Positions 24,420 to 37,439 of a stretch of 64,000 bases of DNA are shown one piece after another. The DNA comes from Camelus ferus (lineage: Eukaryota): contig NC_045707.1 of NCBI RefSeq assembly GCF_009834535.1, positions 54,748,001 to 54,812,000 on the forward strand, given 5' to 3'. The notes under the pieces are model-generated. The model saw nothing but the letters and a program-made list of their open reading frames with translations, was not told where the DNA came from and ran no database searches. The position numbers and the translations under genes were made by a program. The first letter of the stretch is position 1, and the number at the start of each line of letters is the position of its first letter.

Positions 24420-24836
24420 GACTGCTGACTGTACCCTCCAAATCTGTTTTCTTCTTCTCCTCAGGTTGTGGTCTCCCAGCTTCCTGTTACAGATCCCAGC
24501 CTCCCTCGTCGCTGTGAGCAGCCGGGGTAGGAAGTGTGATTGGTGCACCTTCCTCACTTCAACAAAGATAAATTGTTGCCTTGGGTTTTATCTAATTTTC
24601 CTCCCCTGAAGACTGGAATGCAAATGATTTGCATCTCAGCTTGGACCACACAAAACAGCCTAATGCCTAATAAATGGCACAGCAAATGAAGGAAGGAACT
24701 TGGGTCCCTGAATGACTTCATGGAGCACAGTTGCCTCACTAGCCTAGTATCTGGACTGTTTCACACACAAAAAAAAAAATTATTTGCATTTCTTTGTTAT
24801 ATTTACCCTAGCTTAGCCTTCACCTCAGTGAATACA
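24420..24836 (+). mobile_element. MaLR solo LTR (MLT1J-like)
   Basis: gaaggaacttgggtccctgaatgacttcatggagcacagttgcc is a diagnostic MLT1J-type motif; the element ends ...gaataca. Confidence 0.75.
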
Positions 24837-25700
24837 ACATTTGAATTTGAACTAGCTCTTGTACTACCAGATGGCAGAGGATGAAAGCAGAGTAGTTAAA
24901 ACTGAAGTTGAGAAGGTAGTAAGACGCCAGGTCTTTAAGAGGCTTAAATTTCATTAAAATATTCTGAAAGGAAATAAGATCAAAGACAAAAATAATTTGA
25001 CTATGAAAGAAAAGTGTGCTGTTTGATTGTGATTTGCTTAAAATGACATAAAGATGTTTACGAGGGAGGACAAGTGACAGCTCAGATATTTAACAGGATG
25101 ACAGCACATGAAGTATTCCACGTGACTCAAACAAGACAGGATGCTCCAGCTAGTCAGTACCCACAGAAAACATTAGTATTTCAGGTTGACATGTTCTAGC
25201 TGAACTTATAACCAGTTAGGTATCCTTCAATACATTGAAACGGAAGAGCCATCCGTGGATAATGTGGTAATTAGTTTACTCTTTGCCTGCATTAACAACT
25301 CCAACATTAATCTGATTCAGAACTTGTAACATTCAGTTCTAGAAAACTCTCTGACTTTTAGCACACAGTGACCTGTCACCATATGACTTCTTAGTGGGTA
25401 GAGAAATCAGTTCCAACTAACAGTTAGATAGTGACAATTTGCACAGTTTCATTCAAGGGAGAACAGAGTTGAAATGTTTCCTTTTACATCCTGTCTTAAT
25501 ATCGTCAGTTTTCTTTATGTTCCGCTGCAAATAATCATAATAAAAAAATAGCAAGCACTGCATGTTGGGAAGGGGAGGTTACACATTACTCACAGATGTA
25601 TAGACCTGTTTACAACAAAATATGTTTTTCTTCCTCCTTTCAATTTTGTAATTTCCCTTTGTCCTTATTTATAATTTAATAGAAATTAAATATTAATTTC

Positions 25701-25815
25701 TAGGGTAAAGTGACCAACCATCCTAAGGAGGACTAAAAGGTTTCTTGAGATGCAGGGTTTTCAGTGCTAAAGCCAGGAAAGTTTTTGAGAAAGTGGGAAG
25801 AAATGTTCACCCCAT
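25701..25815 (+). mobile_element. MER81-like hAT (Blackjack) MITE
   Basis: gtgaccaaccatcc...ggttttcagtgctaaagccaggaaagt...gttcacccc follows the MER81 consensus, with decayed terminal inverted repeats. Confidence 0.7.
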
Positions 25816-25949
25816 TCTAAGAGGAGACAGAGAGAAAGAGAGAGATGTTCATGAGATGAATTGAGCACCAGTAGCATTGGGGACATTTACAATAATCACA
25901 TTTTTTAACATATTTCAGTTATAAAGTCTTTGTTTATCCTTCCATTCTC

Positions 25950-26493
25950 AGGTTTGTGACACCGAGGCTGAGACTCAAAATCTCCTTTATCAGTTAACTT
26001 TTTCTTTCACTAGGGAGATCTGGAGGGAGAGGGACTTTGGAAGCAGGAAGAAGAGAGAAGGGACTTTCTTGTTCCCATTTATTGGTGTTGCTGTCAGCCC
26101 AGCCCAAGCAACGGTACTTCACCTGGGAACCAGTAGCAGGTGCCAAGTTTTTGGACACTCTCAGCAGAAGTCTTGTTATGTTGTATCATAGGGCAATTTG
26201 TCCCAATTTAATAGTAACCTTTTTCTGAGCTCTTGAATTACTAGTATCAGCTAAGCAGCACCCTTCCTCAGAAGTCTGAGTGCCAGCTTTATCTGGCCCC
26301 ACCCTCAAGCTTCTACATTCTGATAACCTTGCTTCCTGTGTCTGGTAGCTACTTCCTACTGTTACTATCTTTATGTCACTTTTATGTGCCTTTTTGCTTT
26401 TTAAGCCATCCAAATGTGGAACCAAATCACTACGTTAAATTTTCCATTGAGATATGTAATTTCCATTTCTCTGTTTAAACTTTAACTGATGCA
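25950..26493 (+). mobile_element. ERVL solo LTR (LTR33-like)
   Basis: ccttcctcagaagtctgag...caagcttctacattctgataacc...tggtagctacttcctactgttacta...aactgatgca. Confidence 0.65.
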
Positions 26494-27059
26494 AGCAGTA
26501 ATTTAAAATTAAAATTAAAAACTACAAGAAATATCATTAGATGGGTTCTGTAACCAAAAAAACCCAAATTTTTAAAGTTACCAACCGATTAGCTTTCAGA
26601 TAAGATTGTTTACTGTATCAGGTTTCTTCCAAAGCTGATTATAATTTTCCAATAAATAACTAACCAACAATGAGATCCTCATTTAGGAAAAGCCAATTGT
26701 ATCACTTTAAAACTTCACCAGTTTTTTATATAATGAGCAAAAATAAATTTATGAAGATCGCTTTATCTGACTAATATACATACAATGTACTTACTTCTTA
26801 GAAACTATAAAAAATAGAAGTTTTATCTCTTCAATTATAAAGATAAACAATTTCTCTAGAGCACATTTAACTTACATTAAGTTATTTACTATTTACTGTA
26901 TAAATATAAATAAAACAAAAATGGAAAATTACATAAGGCATTATTTAGTTTTTATCCTATTAAAAAACACATTATGATCCCTATTAACTATCTACTAAAA
27001 ACAGATGCATTTATATATTCATATGGTAATATTTTATACTTTTTAAATAAGCATCCCTA

Positions 27060-27310
27060 AACAGTTAATTGCTAAGATGGAGGGCTCACTACTCTGTGCA
27101 CTGTGGTAAACCCATTAATTATATATTAGTTTAGAATTCAGTTAATCTTCTAAGGTAAGATTATTATTATTCACATCTATAGATAAAGAAATGTGGCACA
27201 GAGAAGTTATATTACTTACCCAAGGTTATGTATATTGTTGAAGCTAGTAGCCAAACCAAAGCAGGCTGACTCCTATTAATGAATGCTGTGAACCACTCCA
27301 ATATGCTGCT
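27060..27310 (-). mobile_element. MIR SINE
   Basis: atagataaagaaatgtggcacagagaagttatattacttacccaaggtta (antisense core). Confidence 0.75.
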
Positions 27311-28474
27311 TCTTGGATACAATGAAAAGGCATCTATGTCTGGACATAAGGAAGAACATGAGACAAACACTCATCATTTTGGAAAATAGTACTCTAAGTA
27401 AGCAAGAACAAATACAACAAAATAATATTCTTTTGTAGGAAGGAGACAATTTTTTTTTAACTTAACATTACTCTTTATGCAACACTATTATTTCTTGTAT
27501 CCACCTACACTGTTCTGCTGCAGAAGAAAATAAATCCCACTATCTAGGGTGGAGATCTGTCTATATTATAGTTTCAAATTAATGGTGTATGTTAATGCAA
27601 TTTCTTCAATGAGTGACTTTAATTCATTAGGCATGCAGAAATTTGGGGGAGAACAGTTTTTCAAGGAAAATAATTAGATTGGTTTCCAGTACCAGTAAAA
27701 GGATCATATGCCAAAAATACAAATTCCTTAGAGTAATATGGATATATCTTTAAGATCTATTCTATCGTATCATATATATTAGATATCAGGCTTAAGGGTG
27801 AAAAACAGAAATGGAAAAGCTCTGATTTTATTAAAAAGGCAATGTGTATTTCATTAACAACATTCATTCACATTTCATTCATCTTTTAACATTCACGGTC
27901 TATTACAAGTATAAATCGGGAATTTTTTTTCTTCTGATCTTGATTTGCAAACTCTCCATCATGGATAAACAATGAGGAATAGTATGACCTGTAGGAAAGT
28001 TACTCCTAGAAAACTTGGTATATCCTAAGAATATGAGGTGGTGCGGCATACAGCTTGCAAGTGAAGGACTGCACATTCAGTCGGTTTCCTTTATATTTCT
28101 GGCTATTCCACTGAAAACAGTGTGACAAGTGTGACTCATAGTTTCCTTTTCTGAAAATGATGAGTGCGTGAAGCATTTAAAGTAATTTATGTCACAAGCC
28201 TTCTAAATGATAATGGCTACTATATAGTTACAGATTAGACATAGATATAAATTATTTTATAGTTTAAGCTATCTGAGGCTAGAGACAGTACAGAAAGCAA
28301 GGTGACATTTTCCTACATTGTAACCTGAGAACATAGACATTGAGTTGAGAAGAAGTAAGTGATTAGAGGCTATTATTTTGGTCAAAAGTCCCATTCCCCA
28401 TTCCCTTAGATCAGATTTTTTACTTTATGTGCTATACTTAAAAGAGCCATGGTATCTCATGAATAATTTTAGAG

Positions 28475-28640
28475 CAGCACTGTCAAATAGAACTTTCTGT
28501 AATGATGGAAATCTTCTATATCCTCAGATGTGCCTATTGAGAACTGGAAATGTGGCTTGTGTAACGAATAATCAAAATTTTATATTAATTTAAATTTAAA
28601 TGGCTACCTGCGGCTAGTGGCTGTGACACTGGACACTTTA
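28475..28640 (+). mobile_element. MER3-like hAT-Charlie MITE
   Basis: cagcactgtcaaatagaactttctgtaatgatggaaat...aatttaaatttaaatggctacctgcggctagtggct...ctggaca. Confidence 0.8.
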
Positions 28641-29047
28641 GCTTTGGAGGGCTTATTTGTGGGTTGAAAATACAAGTCAAAGCAAGGAAGATGGCCGAAA
28701 ATCTGGGGAGTCCACTAATGTCAAATAAAATTCTATATACCAAGTCTTCTGTATATGAATGCTGGTTGTAAGCAAAGAACAAATAACGTGTTAGAGCAAC
28801 AAATAACCCCACAGACTTTGGTTAAAGCTTCATGAAATCATACAATGTAAGAGTTTTCAGGGATCCTGTATATCAAGTATCTCATTAAATATTTAAATAT
28901 ACATTAAATCTCAGACATTAGTTAACTCACCCAGGAACAGAATTGTAAAGAGGTATCACTGACTTAATTAAAATTTAAATAAACAATAAGAACAACTAAA
29001 TGTCAGCTGATAATTGTACAAAAGCATAAGCTACTTCACACAGTAGG

Positions 29048-29608
29048 TATAACAGAGAAGAATAAACCTGATTCCACATGGGATCTATTTTTTTTTTTTG
29101 TTTTAGCTTTAACTTTTGGGCTCTGTTGCCTGTGCTTAGTCATGCTGGCTCTATACCTTTGTGACAGAATGTTGCCTATAGCCTAAAATGTATGTAATAG
29201 CCCATTCTCAAGTCTCTGCCTCTCAGATTTAACCTTTAAAAGTGCAACATTTTTCACTCATATAGAGACAAAAAGTTGCAGAACAGATGACATTTGTCTT
29301 GTTGGAGGTTTATAAGAACAGTTGTGACCAGACCTATGGGGACAGCTGCAAGAACAAAGGATTATCACACCTCCTGCAAGATCTGGCCAGCACCAAGAAG
29401 TTTGTAACAAGAAGCTACACCCCCTCCTCTTTTAATATAACAGAAGCCCGAATTCTAACTCAGGAAGATGAGACTTTGGGACACTAGTCTGCCATCTTCT
29501 TGGTCTGCTAGCTTTCCAAATAAAGTCACTATTCCTTGCCCCAACACCTCATCTCTCAATTTACTGGCCCATCACACAGCAAGTAATATGAGCTTGGATT
29601 CGGTAACA
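29048..29608 (+). mobile_element. ERV1 solo LTR (MER39/LTR39-like family)
   Basis: Starts tataacagagaagaataaacctgattcca (decayed TGTAAC), has AATAAA near 29519, and ends gagcttggattcggtaaca. TSD tagg/taag (one mismatch). Confidence 0.8.
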
Positions 29609-29673
29609 TAAGCATTTTTATCATACTGTCCTGTCTTACAGAAAACTCAGAGAGGTTAAGTAATGTTCCAAGG

Positions 29674-30610
29674 TGTGATATAATAAGAAATATGTATTTT
29701 GGTATTTATCCCCAGCTCCTGACTGGAGCTCCTAAGACTCTTGTAATTTCCTAAGTGATAAGAGCAGTAGAAGCATCTTTTGTTATAAACAGTTTTGTTC
29801 TTCGCTCTTAAAACAGCTCTGGAGCATTAAATTGAAATGAGTGTCTTCTGCTACTCATAAGAAGCCCCTTTCAACTGCATCTGAGTTTACATTAATGAGG
29901 CGACTTCTGGAAAGCCCCTACAGATCATTGCTGGGGGCCCAATCATGTCATTAGAGGGTTGGAACTTTTGAATCTACCCCTGACCTCTAGGGAGGAAAAG
30001 GGAATGGAGGTTGAGTTAATAACCAATCACCAAAGCTTTAATCAGTCACGCCTATAAAATGAAGCCCCCAAAAAAATCCTAACCAAAGGGGTTCAGAGAT
30101 CTTCCCTGTTGATGAGCACATCCATGCACTGGGAGGGTGACACACTCTGACTCCCAGGGGACAGAGGTTCCTGTACTCAACCACCCTTTCGGACCTCATC
30201 CTATGTATCTTTTCATCTGTCTGTTCATTTTCAACCTTTAAAATAACATTTATAATACATCTGTAACAGTAAGGAAACTGTCCCCTGGGTTCTATGAAAT
30301 GCTTTAGCAAATTATCAAACCTGAGGAGGGGTTTTGGGGAACTTCGGATTTTTCATCAAATTGGATAGAAGTTGTGGGTAACTTGGGGACCCACTCTTTG
30401 CAATTGGCGTTTGGGAGGGGAGAGTAGTATTGTGGGACTAAGCCCTCAGCCTGTGGGGTCTGTGCTAACTCTGGGCTGTTAGTATCAGAGTTGAGTTAAA
30501 TTGTAGGACACCTAGTTAGTGTCCGCTGAAAACTGAAAAAGTGCTTTGTGTGGAAAAATCCACACATCTGGTGCCAGAAGTGTTGTGAGCAGAGGGAGCA
30601 GTGGGTTTCA
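29674..30610 (+). mobile_element. MER21-family solo LTR
   Basis: tgtgatataataagaaatatgtattttgg...agctcctaagactcttg...ttagagggttggaactt...gttgagttaaattgtaggacacc...tttca. Perfect 5-bp TSD CAAGG at 29669-29673 and 30611-30615. Confidence 0.88.
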
Positions 30611-31062
30611 CAAGGTTACGGAGGTGATAAATGAAGGAACTCAAGCAAACACCAGCTTGACTCCAAAATACGTTGTTTTTTTTTTTTTTTTCTCTCTATA
30701 CCATCTGCTTCCCTGGACACTAAATTCCATAAGGCCAGGGACAGAACACTTGGGTTCAACAGAAGTCTACCCTTTGGAACTGTGGGCCATGTTAGGTGGT
30801 TCACCAGAGATAGATGAAGACCCCATCCACAAGAAGAGCACTAAGGAGGACAGAAGTAAATGCTGAATCCTGCCTTCTAGCACTGAGGGAAAGAACATCA
30901 ATTACATTTAATTGAGTAGCTAAGTTATATTAGCTTTTTAGAAATGTCCCTAGATTGAATAAAAACTGATCATTTCCCAGGTGATCTAGAGGGATTAATA
31001 TCCCGGGATGCAGTATTCCCAAAGTGACAAATGGATTTCTGCTTAGTTGTAAGAATGTCTAG

Positions 31063-31268
31063 CAGTGATGTGCTGGACTTGTCATTTAGTGACCTGCAAG
31101 ATATGACTGTTTAATTCCAGGAATTTTGCAAGTCAGTTGACCCATATTGGTAGCTTGAAATTGGCAATGATGGAAGCATTTACAACATGGAAAACAAGAT
31201 ATTTCACAAGACAATCAGCTTCCCCAACCTTTGAAAACCAGTTGTTAATATTTACCAGCATACCATTG
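31063..31268 (+). mobile_element. MER63A-like hAT (Blackjack) element
   Basis: Termini cagtgatgtgctgg and ccagcataccattg; internal ttggtagcttgaaattggc and ccagttgttaatatttacc. Confidence 0.8.
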
Positions 31269-31939
31269 TCCTGGAGAGTCTAAGATTGGTAAGAGTTACC
31301 AGAGTCTGTCTAATACTTAACTTTAATTGCATCATCCATTTCTTGTTCCAGCTCATAATTTAATTATATTCCTATTTCTTCTATGCCTCTATGAATGTTA
31401 TTTCCTACTTCTTTTCTTGACCAATAAAACTCCTATTTACCTTTGGCCAGAAATTTTCCCCAGCTGTTTTTATTTATGGTTTCTATTATCTTCTGTTATG
31501 TCTTCTAATCTTATAGTTAGTAACAGGCAGTTTTTCACTTAATCCATTTCACTTGGTTTTATGCTTATTAATCTCTTTTTCAAAGAAATGAAAATTATCC
31601 TACATCTTATTTTTTATTTTGCATATCTCTCAGCACCAGGCATGAGTTTGTAGGTCCTGATTAGAGCTTGATTAAGAAATCTGAAATGTAGGGGATACAT
31701 TGAAAGACCTTGAAGATTTTTTATTTGCTTTAATCGATTTTAATTTACTTTGACCTGCCAAATTTCAACATCTCAATATCTAACATATATCTAGCAAGCA
31801 AGCTGTCTGCCTCCTCTTTTCCCCTATTTATACAAGTGGAGAAAAACATGCAGATAAGCTAACTGGTCACTAAACTTAAAGTCCTTAAGGTTGCCTACCT
31901 ATTGTACTCTATTTCCCTTGTTCATTTCTTCTGCTTGAA

Positions 31940-33388
31940 TACATAATAGGTGTCACACATTTAGCATGTCCAAAATAAACTTCTAGTCTTCCTCTTTATA
32001 ACTGAACATCACAAAAACACCTCCATCAAAATTAATAGTAACTTCATTGCATCAGGCAGCTTTTGCCATATAAAAACCCCCTGCCCCTACCCCCCGCCCT
32101 CCCCAGTGCAGAGGCTAAAAACAGAAATTAATTAGTTAGCTAACATTTACGTGGGTTGGCAGTTCGGTCTAGGATCAGCTGGGTAATTATTCTACATCTC
32201 TCAACTGGTTTATTCATGCATCTGAGGTTAGCTATGGATCAGCTAGACTGGTTCTTTTTCGAGGGATTAACTAGTTATTATCAGAGACAACAAGAACAAC
32301 TGGGCTGCATGTTTCTCATCATCTGGACTCCTATCTGGGCTTGTTTGCATGGAGGTTCAGGGTACCAGGTGAGCAAGAGGGCAAGCACTGATATGCAAGC
32401 ACTTTTGAAGTGTGACATATTACTGTTACATTGGCTAAAGCATGTCACATGGCCAAGCACAGATTCAGCATAGGAGAATTTAAAGGAATATTCTTGTATT
32501 CAAACTATGTGGATAAAGGAAGGTGAGAACAAATTAGGTCCATTTGCATAGTTAATTCATCTAGTCAATCTTTTCTTTACTCAGGCAAAATCTTAGGGTC
32601 ACCCTGGGTACCTCTTTGTCTCATACCCCACATCTCATACAGAAGGAAATCCTACAGGTTTTACCTTTAAAATATAGCCAGAACCCAACCATTTCCTTAT
32701 CACCAGCACTGTTTCCCCATGGTGTGAACCATTGTCATCCCTGATCTATTTTGTTACAGGCTCATAACTAGTCTTCCTTCTCTCACCCAACCACAAGTCA
32801 GTTTGTTCTCAACTTTGCAGCCAGATTGATCCTTTACAACGTGAAAAAGATCATGTCACTCCTCAAAAACCTCCAATGATTTCCTACTCAGGAAAAAAAA
32901 AAAAAGAATATGTGTAAAGGTCCACATTCTTTACAAGTTTTGGTATTCTGATACCTTTTCGGTCTCATCTCTCACCACATCCCTTCTGTCTGCCTCAGCT
33001 CTAGCTACACTAGTCTCCTTGCTGTTTATCAAACTCACTTGGCACATTCACATTCAGAGACCTGATATTCTTTCTCCTTGTAATACCCTTGCAACCAGAC
33101 CTCCACATTGTTCTCCATCATTCCTTCTAAATCTTTCCAGTGAGACCTTTTTTCATTATTCTATTGAAAACTGCAGCCCCTAACTTTAATTGTTCTCATA
33201 TAAATGATCACATCTAACTGCTATACATTTAATTTATTTATTGTCTCTTTCCCATCATTAGAATATGAGCTCTATGATTTCAGGAATTGTTGGTTGTTCA
33301 CTATACTATCCTAAACATCTACTGTATTTTAGGCACATAGTAGTAACTTGACAAATGAACATTTGAATACCCATTGAATGAATGAAGT
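31940..33388 (+). mobile_element. L2 (L2a-like) 3' region interrupted by an MLT1 LTR
   Basis: tagcatgtccaaaataaactt at the left; ctcaggcaaaatcttagggtcacc resumes after the LTR; ends ttagaatatgagctctatga...ggcacatagtag...tgaatgaatgaa. Confidence 0.8.
32048..32565 (-). mobile_element. MaLR solo LTR (MLT1H-like), nested in L2
   Basis: Antisense motifs tcagctgggtaatt...tcatgcatctgaggttagct...cattggctaaagcatgtcacatggccaagcacagattca. Confidence 0.7.
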
Positions 33389-33453
33389 ACTACCAAATGG
33401 CTAAAACTGCCCTAAATTCAAGGCATTTAGTAGTGACTGTCACACTAAAGTTT

Positions 33454-33899
33454 TGTGTATATTGTACTATTGTTCCTAATTATTTGATGCCTTATCTCTA
33501 AGAAGAATATAACCCTTGCTCATTGTCATATGATTTGCAGTGTACATCCAAGTGGGGAGATACAATTTTTTACTTAAGTGATATCAAAGTTGCCCACGCT
33601 ATTAGCTATGACCAATGGCATGTAAACAATAGTGATGGTAGTCATTTGCCAAGAAGAGATTTTAAGAACCAAGTAATTTTCTACCATTATGTTTTTCCAC
33701 TGTGCCATGAAGCTATGTCTCAGATAGTGGCTGCATCTTCAGTTTGGATTCCAGAATGAATATATGTGGAGTAGAGACTCAGCTGACACTCCGCTGGCAT
33801 TAAGTGTGAACAAACACAAACCTTTGTGTTTTCAAAGCCAGTTGAAACTATGGGATTATTTGTTATAATAAAATGGCTCAGGGAAAGCTGACTAATATA
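33454..33899 (+). mobile_element. MaLR solo LTR (MLT1I-like)
   Basis: tatgaccaatggcatgtaa...cagatagtggctgcatcttcagtttggattccagaatga...aaacctttgtgttttcaaagcca...gctgactaatata. Confidence 0.75.
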
Positions 33900-34808
33900 G
33901 TTTCTGACCTCATAAAGCTTACAGACACAAAAGGAAAGCCATCAAACCTACTGGAATATTCCTTATATTCTACTTAATTAAGTTTAAATCATAAGGGAAT
34001 CGACTGGACATGGAAACTAAACACACTGCAAAGAAAACAAAATTCAGGTGTCTCTGAAGAATGCTGGGCATCTTGACCATTATTTCTTATGATATATCTT
34101 CATTCTGGCCAAACTCACACTTTCTCACATCTGTTTATTTGGTGTCTTTCTGTTCTTCAGAGACACTCCACGCAGAAGCAAGTTACTGAGATGAGGAGAA
34201 AGATGTAAATTTGACCAAGTTGTTACAGTTTAATGTGGTTCAGGATTCCTATTACATTAAGTCATTTAAAGCCTTTAAAATACTCTCTTATTTTATAGAT
34301 TTGGATTTATGTAGCTTATTGTGGAAAAAAAATTCCGCATTTCAAATATGAAAGAGTCACGGTTTGAGCCTAATAACCCAACTGAATTTCTGTAAATAGA
34401 GGCCCACAATGATTCCAGTGTGTAAGCAAGTACAGGGGATAAAACAGCAGGAGGGAATGCTTACAACTTCCAGCTAGAAAGTTTTCTATAAGCTTATACC
34501 TCGAAGTCCATCCTCAGAGGCCAATACACGACAGATTTCAACAACATGCTTCTTTGTTCTTTCTTTGCCTGTGTGTGCCAAGTTTTACATTTAAACCAAA
34601 AGCAATGAGTAACATGTTGTGGCAAAAAAAGGCTTGATATTCATAAAGTTACCTCACTTCTCAGGTAATTTCTTATCATGTTACTATGTTCAAATAAAAC
34701 AAAAGTCTAACTGTGTCCCTGGATATGAGCAAGGGAATAAAAATTTAGTTAAAACCCTCAGATAGGAATAAATGCATGGTGCTGAAGAGTTAGAAAATTC
34801 AGTTTCAG

Positions 34809-35022
34809 GATTGAAGGGTAGACATCACTATATGTGAAGTGGATAAACAGCAAGGACCTCCTGTATAGCACAGGGGATTATATTCAATCTCTTGTAGTAA
34901 GCCATAATAGAAAAGAACCTGAAAAAAAATGTATATATATGACTGAATCGCTTTGCTATACACCTGAAACTAACGTTGTAAATCAACTACATTTCAATAA
35001 AAAATGAGAATAATTTTTAAAA
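34809..35022 (+). mobile_element. Short lineage-specific L1 3' end
   Basis: ggataaacagcaaggacctcctgtatagcacagg...ctgaatcgctttgctatacacctgaaactaac...ttcaataaaaaa. Degenerate TSD agaaaattcagtttcag (34792) and agaacattttgtttcag (35023). Confidence 0.88.
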
Positions 35023-35629
35023 AGAACATTTTGTTTCAGATGGAAACCTAAAGGAAGAGGAGATTGATGGTGTCATGGATTTTACCACACAGCAGTGATA
35101 TTACTCAGCTTGATTTTTAAAATCTTCTGTAAACATGTATTTCCAGGTAAAGACTTTCAAGGAAAAATATTATCTGAGGTCAATATTTGTGTTTGTTAGT
35201 TTTCTTCAAACATAAAATACCTCATATATTTCACATTCACATAGTAATTATACACTAAAATTTCATCAGTACTTATTACTTATAGAATTTTGTGTAATAT
35301 TTGAAACTTTTAGAGAATGTATGTAACATATATGTGAATTATGAAGTAGAATAAGATGAATTTCTGAGGACTGACCACCTAACACGAGGTAGTTGTTTCC
35401 ACAATAATGCTGTCCTTACCATCTTGCTCCTTTTTTAACTCATCCATCTATTGCCCCCAGAGGTAAGCACATTCCTGGATTTTGGTTTACTATTCCTGAT
35501 CACCAACTCTTTGCTAAACATCTATCATTTATCCCCAAATGTTGGAAGCCCCACTATATCTGAGCAAATGGCATGTGAATAATTTCTATATTAAGACCTC
35601 ATCTTTTCCATCTTGTGCCCTACTCTAAC

Positions 35630-35987
35630 GTATCTTGGTCCATTTGGGCTGCTCTGACAAATTACTACAGACTAGGTAGTTTAAACAACAGAAATGTATT
35701 CCTCATAGTTTTTGGGGCTAGTAAGTCAAAAATCAGAGTGCCAGCATGGTCACATTCCGATGGAGGTTTCCTTCCTAGTTCACTGATAGCTGAGTCCTCC
35801 ACGTGGCAGAGAAAGACAAGCTCTTTCTTGTCTCTTCTTATAAGGGCTCTAATTCCATCATGAGGCACCACCCTCATGACTTAAATATCACCCAAAGGCC
35901 CCATCTCCAAATAACATCACATTGAGGTTAAGGATTTCAATATATGAATTTTGGGAGGAGACAAATAAATATTCATTGCATAACAGC
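35630..35987 (-). mobile_element. MaLR solo LTR (MLT1A/A0-like)
   Basis: tccatttgggctgctctgacaaattactacagactaggtagtttaaacaacagaaat...cttataagggctctaattccatcatgagg...ccatctccaaataacatcacattg. Confidence 0.9.
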
Positions 35988-36229
35988 ACCTGAATTCACA
36001 AATTATAATTATAATAATATAACTGTGCAATCATAATAATATTCAGATTGAACCAGACTCTTGATCTTTTCTAATCTTCACAACTATATGAATCAGACTA
36101 AAAATGCATAATTTTATTGCCAATCTAGAATTAGTAGTGTTGATTATCAAAAAGGATAAGTCATCTTTTCAAAGTTATGTTGATAGGGGCACAGCCATTT
36201 CCAGTGCCCAAGGTACCTGTCTATTACTT

Positions 36230-36430
36230 CACAATGAACAGTTAATGAGTCCCTATTATGTACCAAGAATTACCAGTAGCTTTCACCAACAAAGCTATAA
36301 ATTATGTACAACAAAGCTATAAATTATGAAACTGGGACTCAGAGTGGTTTAGCAATTCATCCATGATCACACAGCAGGAAAGTGGCAATGCAATATTTAT
36401 GGCAACATCTGTCAGACTACAAAACACCTT
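36230..36430 (-). mobile_element. MIR fragment containing a 22-bp-period duplication
   Basis: tgaaactgggactcagagtggtttagcaattcatccatgatcacacagcaggaaagtggca; caacaaagctataaattatg at 36287 and 36309. Confidence 0.65.
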
Positions 36431-37439
36431 CTCTTAACTACTTAATTTTGTGACTCTGAAACCACATACTCAAGCCATTTCTTTGTGTTATTGCTAAACA
36501 TGGATGTGAGGGGATTTCAGCAAAAGAGGGCTCAATATTGTTTAATGTAATTGGAAAAGTTTTTTTAAGAAGAAAAGTATAAAATTGAAAGAAGCTAAAA
36601 AAAATAGAAAAAAAGAGAACCATAAGTGAAATAAAAAGATGAAAAGCAGCACTATTAAGAACACAGAATGTGTAAATCACAAGGGTAATTAACATGTAGC
36701 TTAGTTATTGTCTTTACCATTCAAGATCCATGACCCCAGTTACGAAGGTTGATAAATTGTGAATAATTGTTTATTACTGTCTAGTTCTGTGTATGTATCA
36801 GGAATCAGACCTTCATTTAGAGAATCTATGCAGTACTGTAAATGCATGTCACAACTCAACCTCAGCTGTTGAGTTCCCCCTGTTCTCACAGCCCTTAATT
36901 TCATAGGGCTGAACCCTAGAGTTTTCTAGCCATTTGTGCTTGAACAAAGTCACTGTAAATGTCTTCTTTAGGATTCAGACAATGGAATAATGGGGTATTC
37001 TTTAAGCCCATTTCTTCTTCAGTCAGTTTCCGTAAAATAACCTGGTCAGAACATCTTATAGTGGTGGTGTTTTATTCAGTATCCAAGGATGCGATGTTGA
37101 GCTGGCTGGCAGTTTTGAGTGATAAAGCTGTCTATTAATTAAAGTTTTGTAAGTTATAGCAGTAGGAGGATAATATTGTAAGCCAAGGTAATAACAGCAG
37201 AAACAGAGAGGCAAAGAATTGTGGGGAAGAATATTGTGGAGGATAAAGAGTGGTATAAAGGGAGATTTAAAATGACCTGGTAATTATTCTGAAAGACAGA
37301 ATAAAGGAATAACTCATTACTTATAAGGAGGAGTGTGAAATAACTCAATCTCTGTGTTAGGAAAAACATTTGTCCCACAATGATGAATTTTATAGAGAAA
37401 TGGGAAGTTAAAAGCACAAATTCTCTTTGCAATTAAAAA

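Larger units (their letters stand above)
28985..30670 (-). mobile_element. MIR split into three pieces (about 28985-29047, 29609-29673, 30611-30670) by two LTR insertions
   Basis: Middle piece ttacagaaaactcagagaggttaagtaatgttccaagg continues after the MER21 as caaggttac...ttgactccaaaa. Confidence 0.6.

Noticed and set aside
25680..25702. Inverted repeat tagaaattaa-ata-ttaatttcta beside the MER81 element
   Set aside because: Almost pure A/T with 10-bp arms, which is expected by chance at this base composition.
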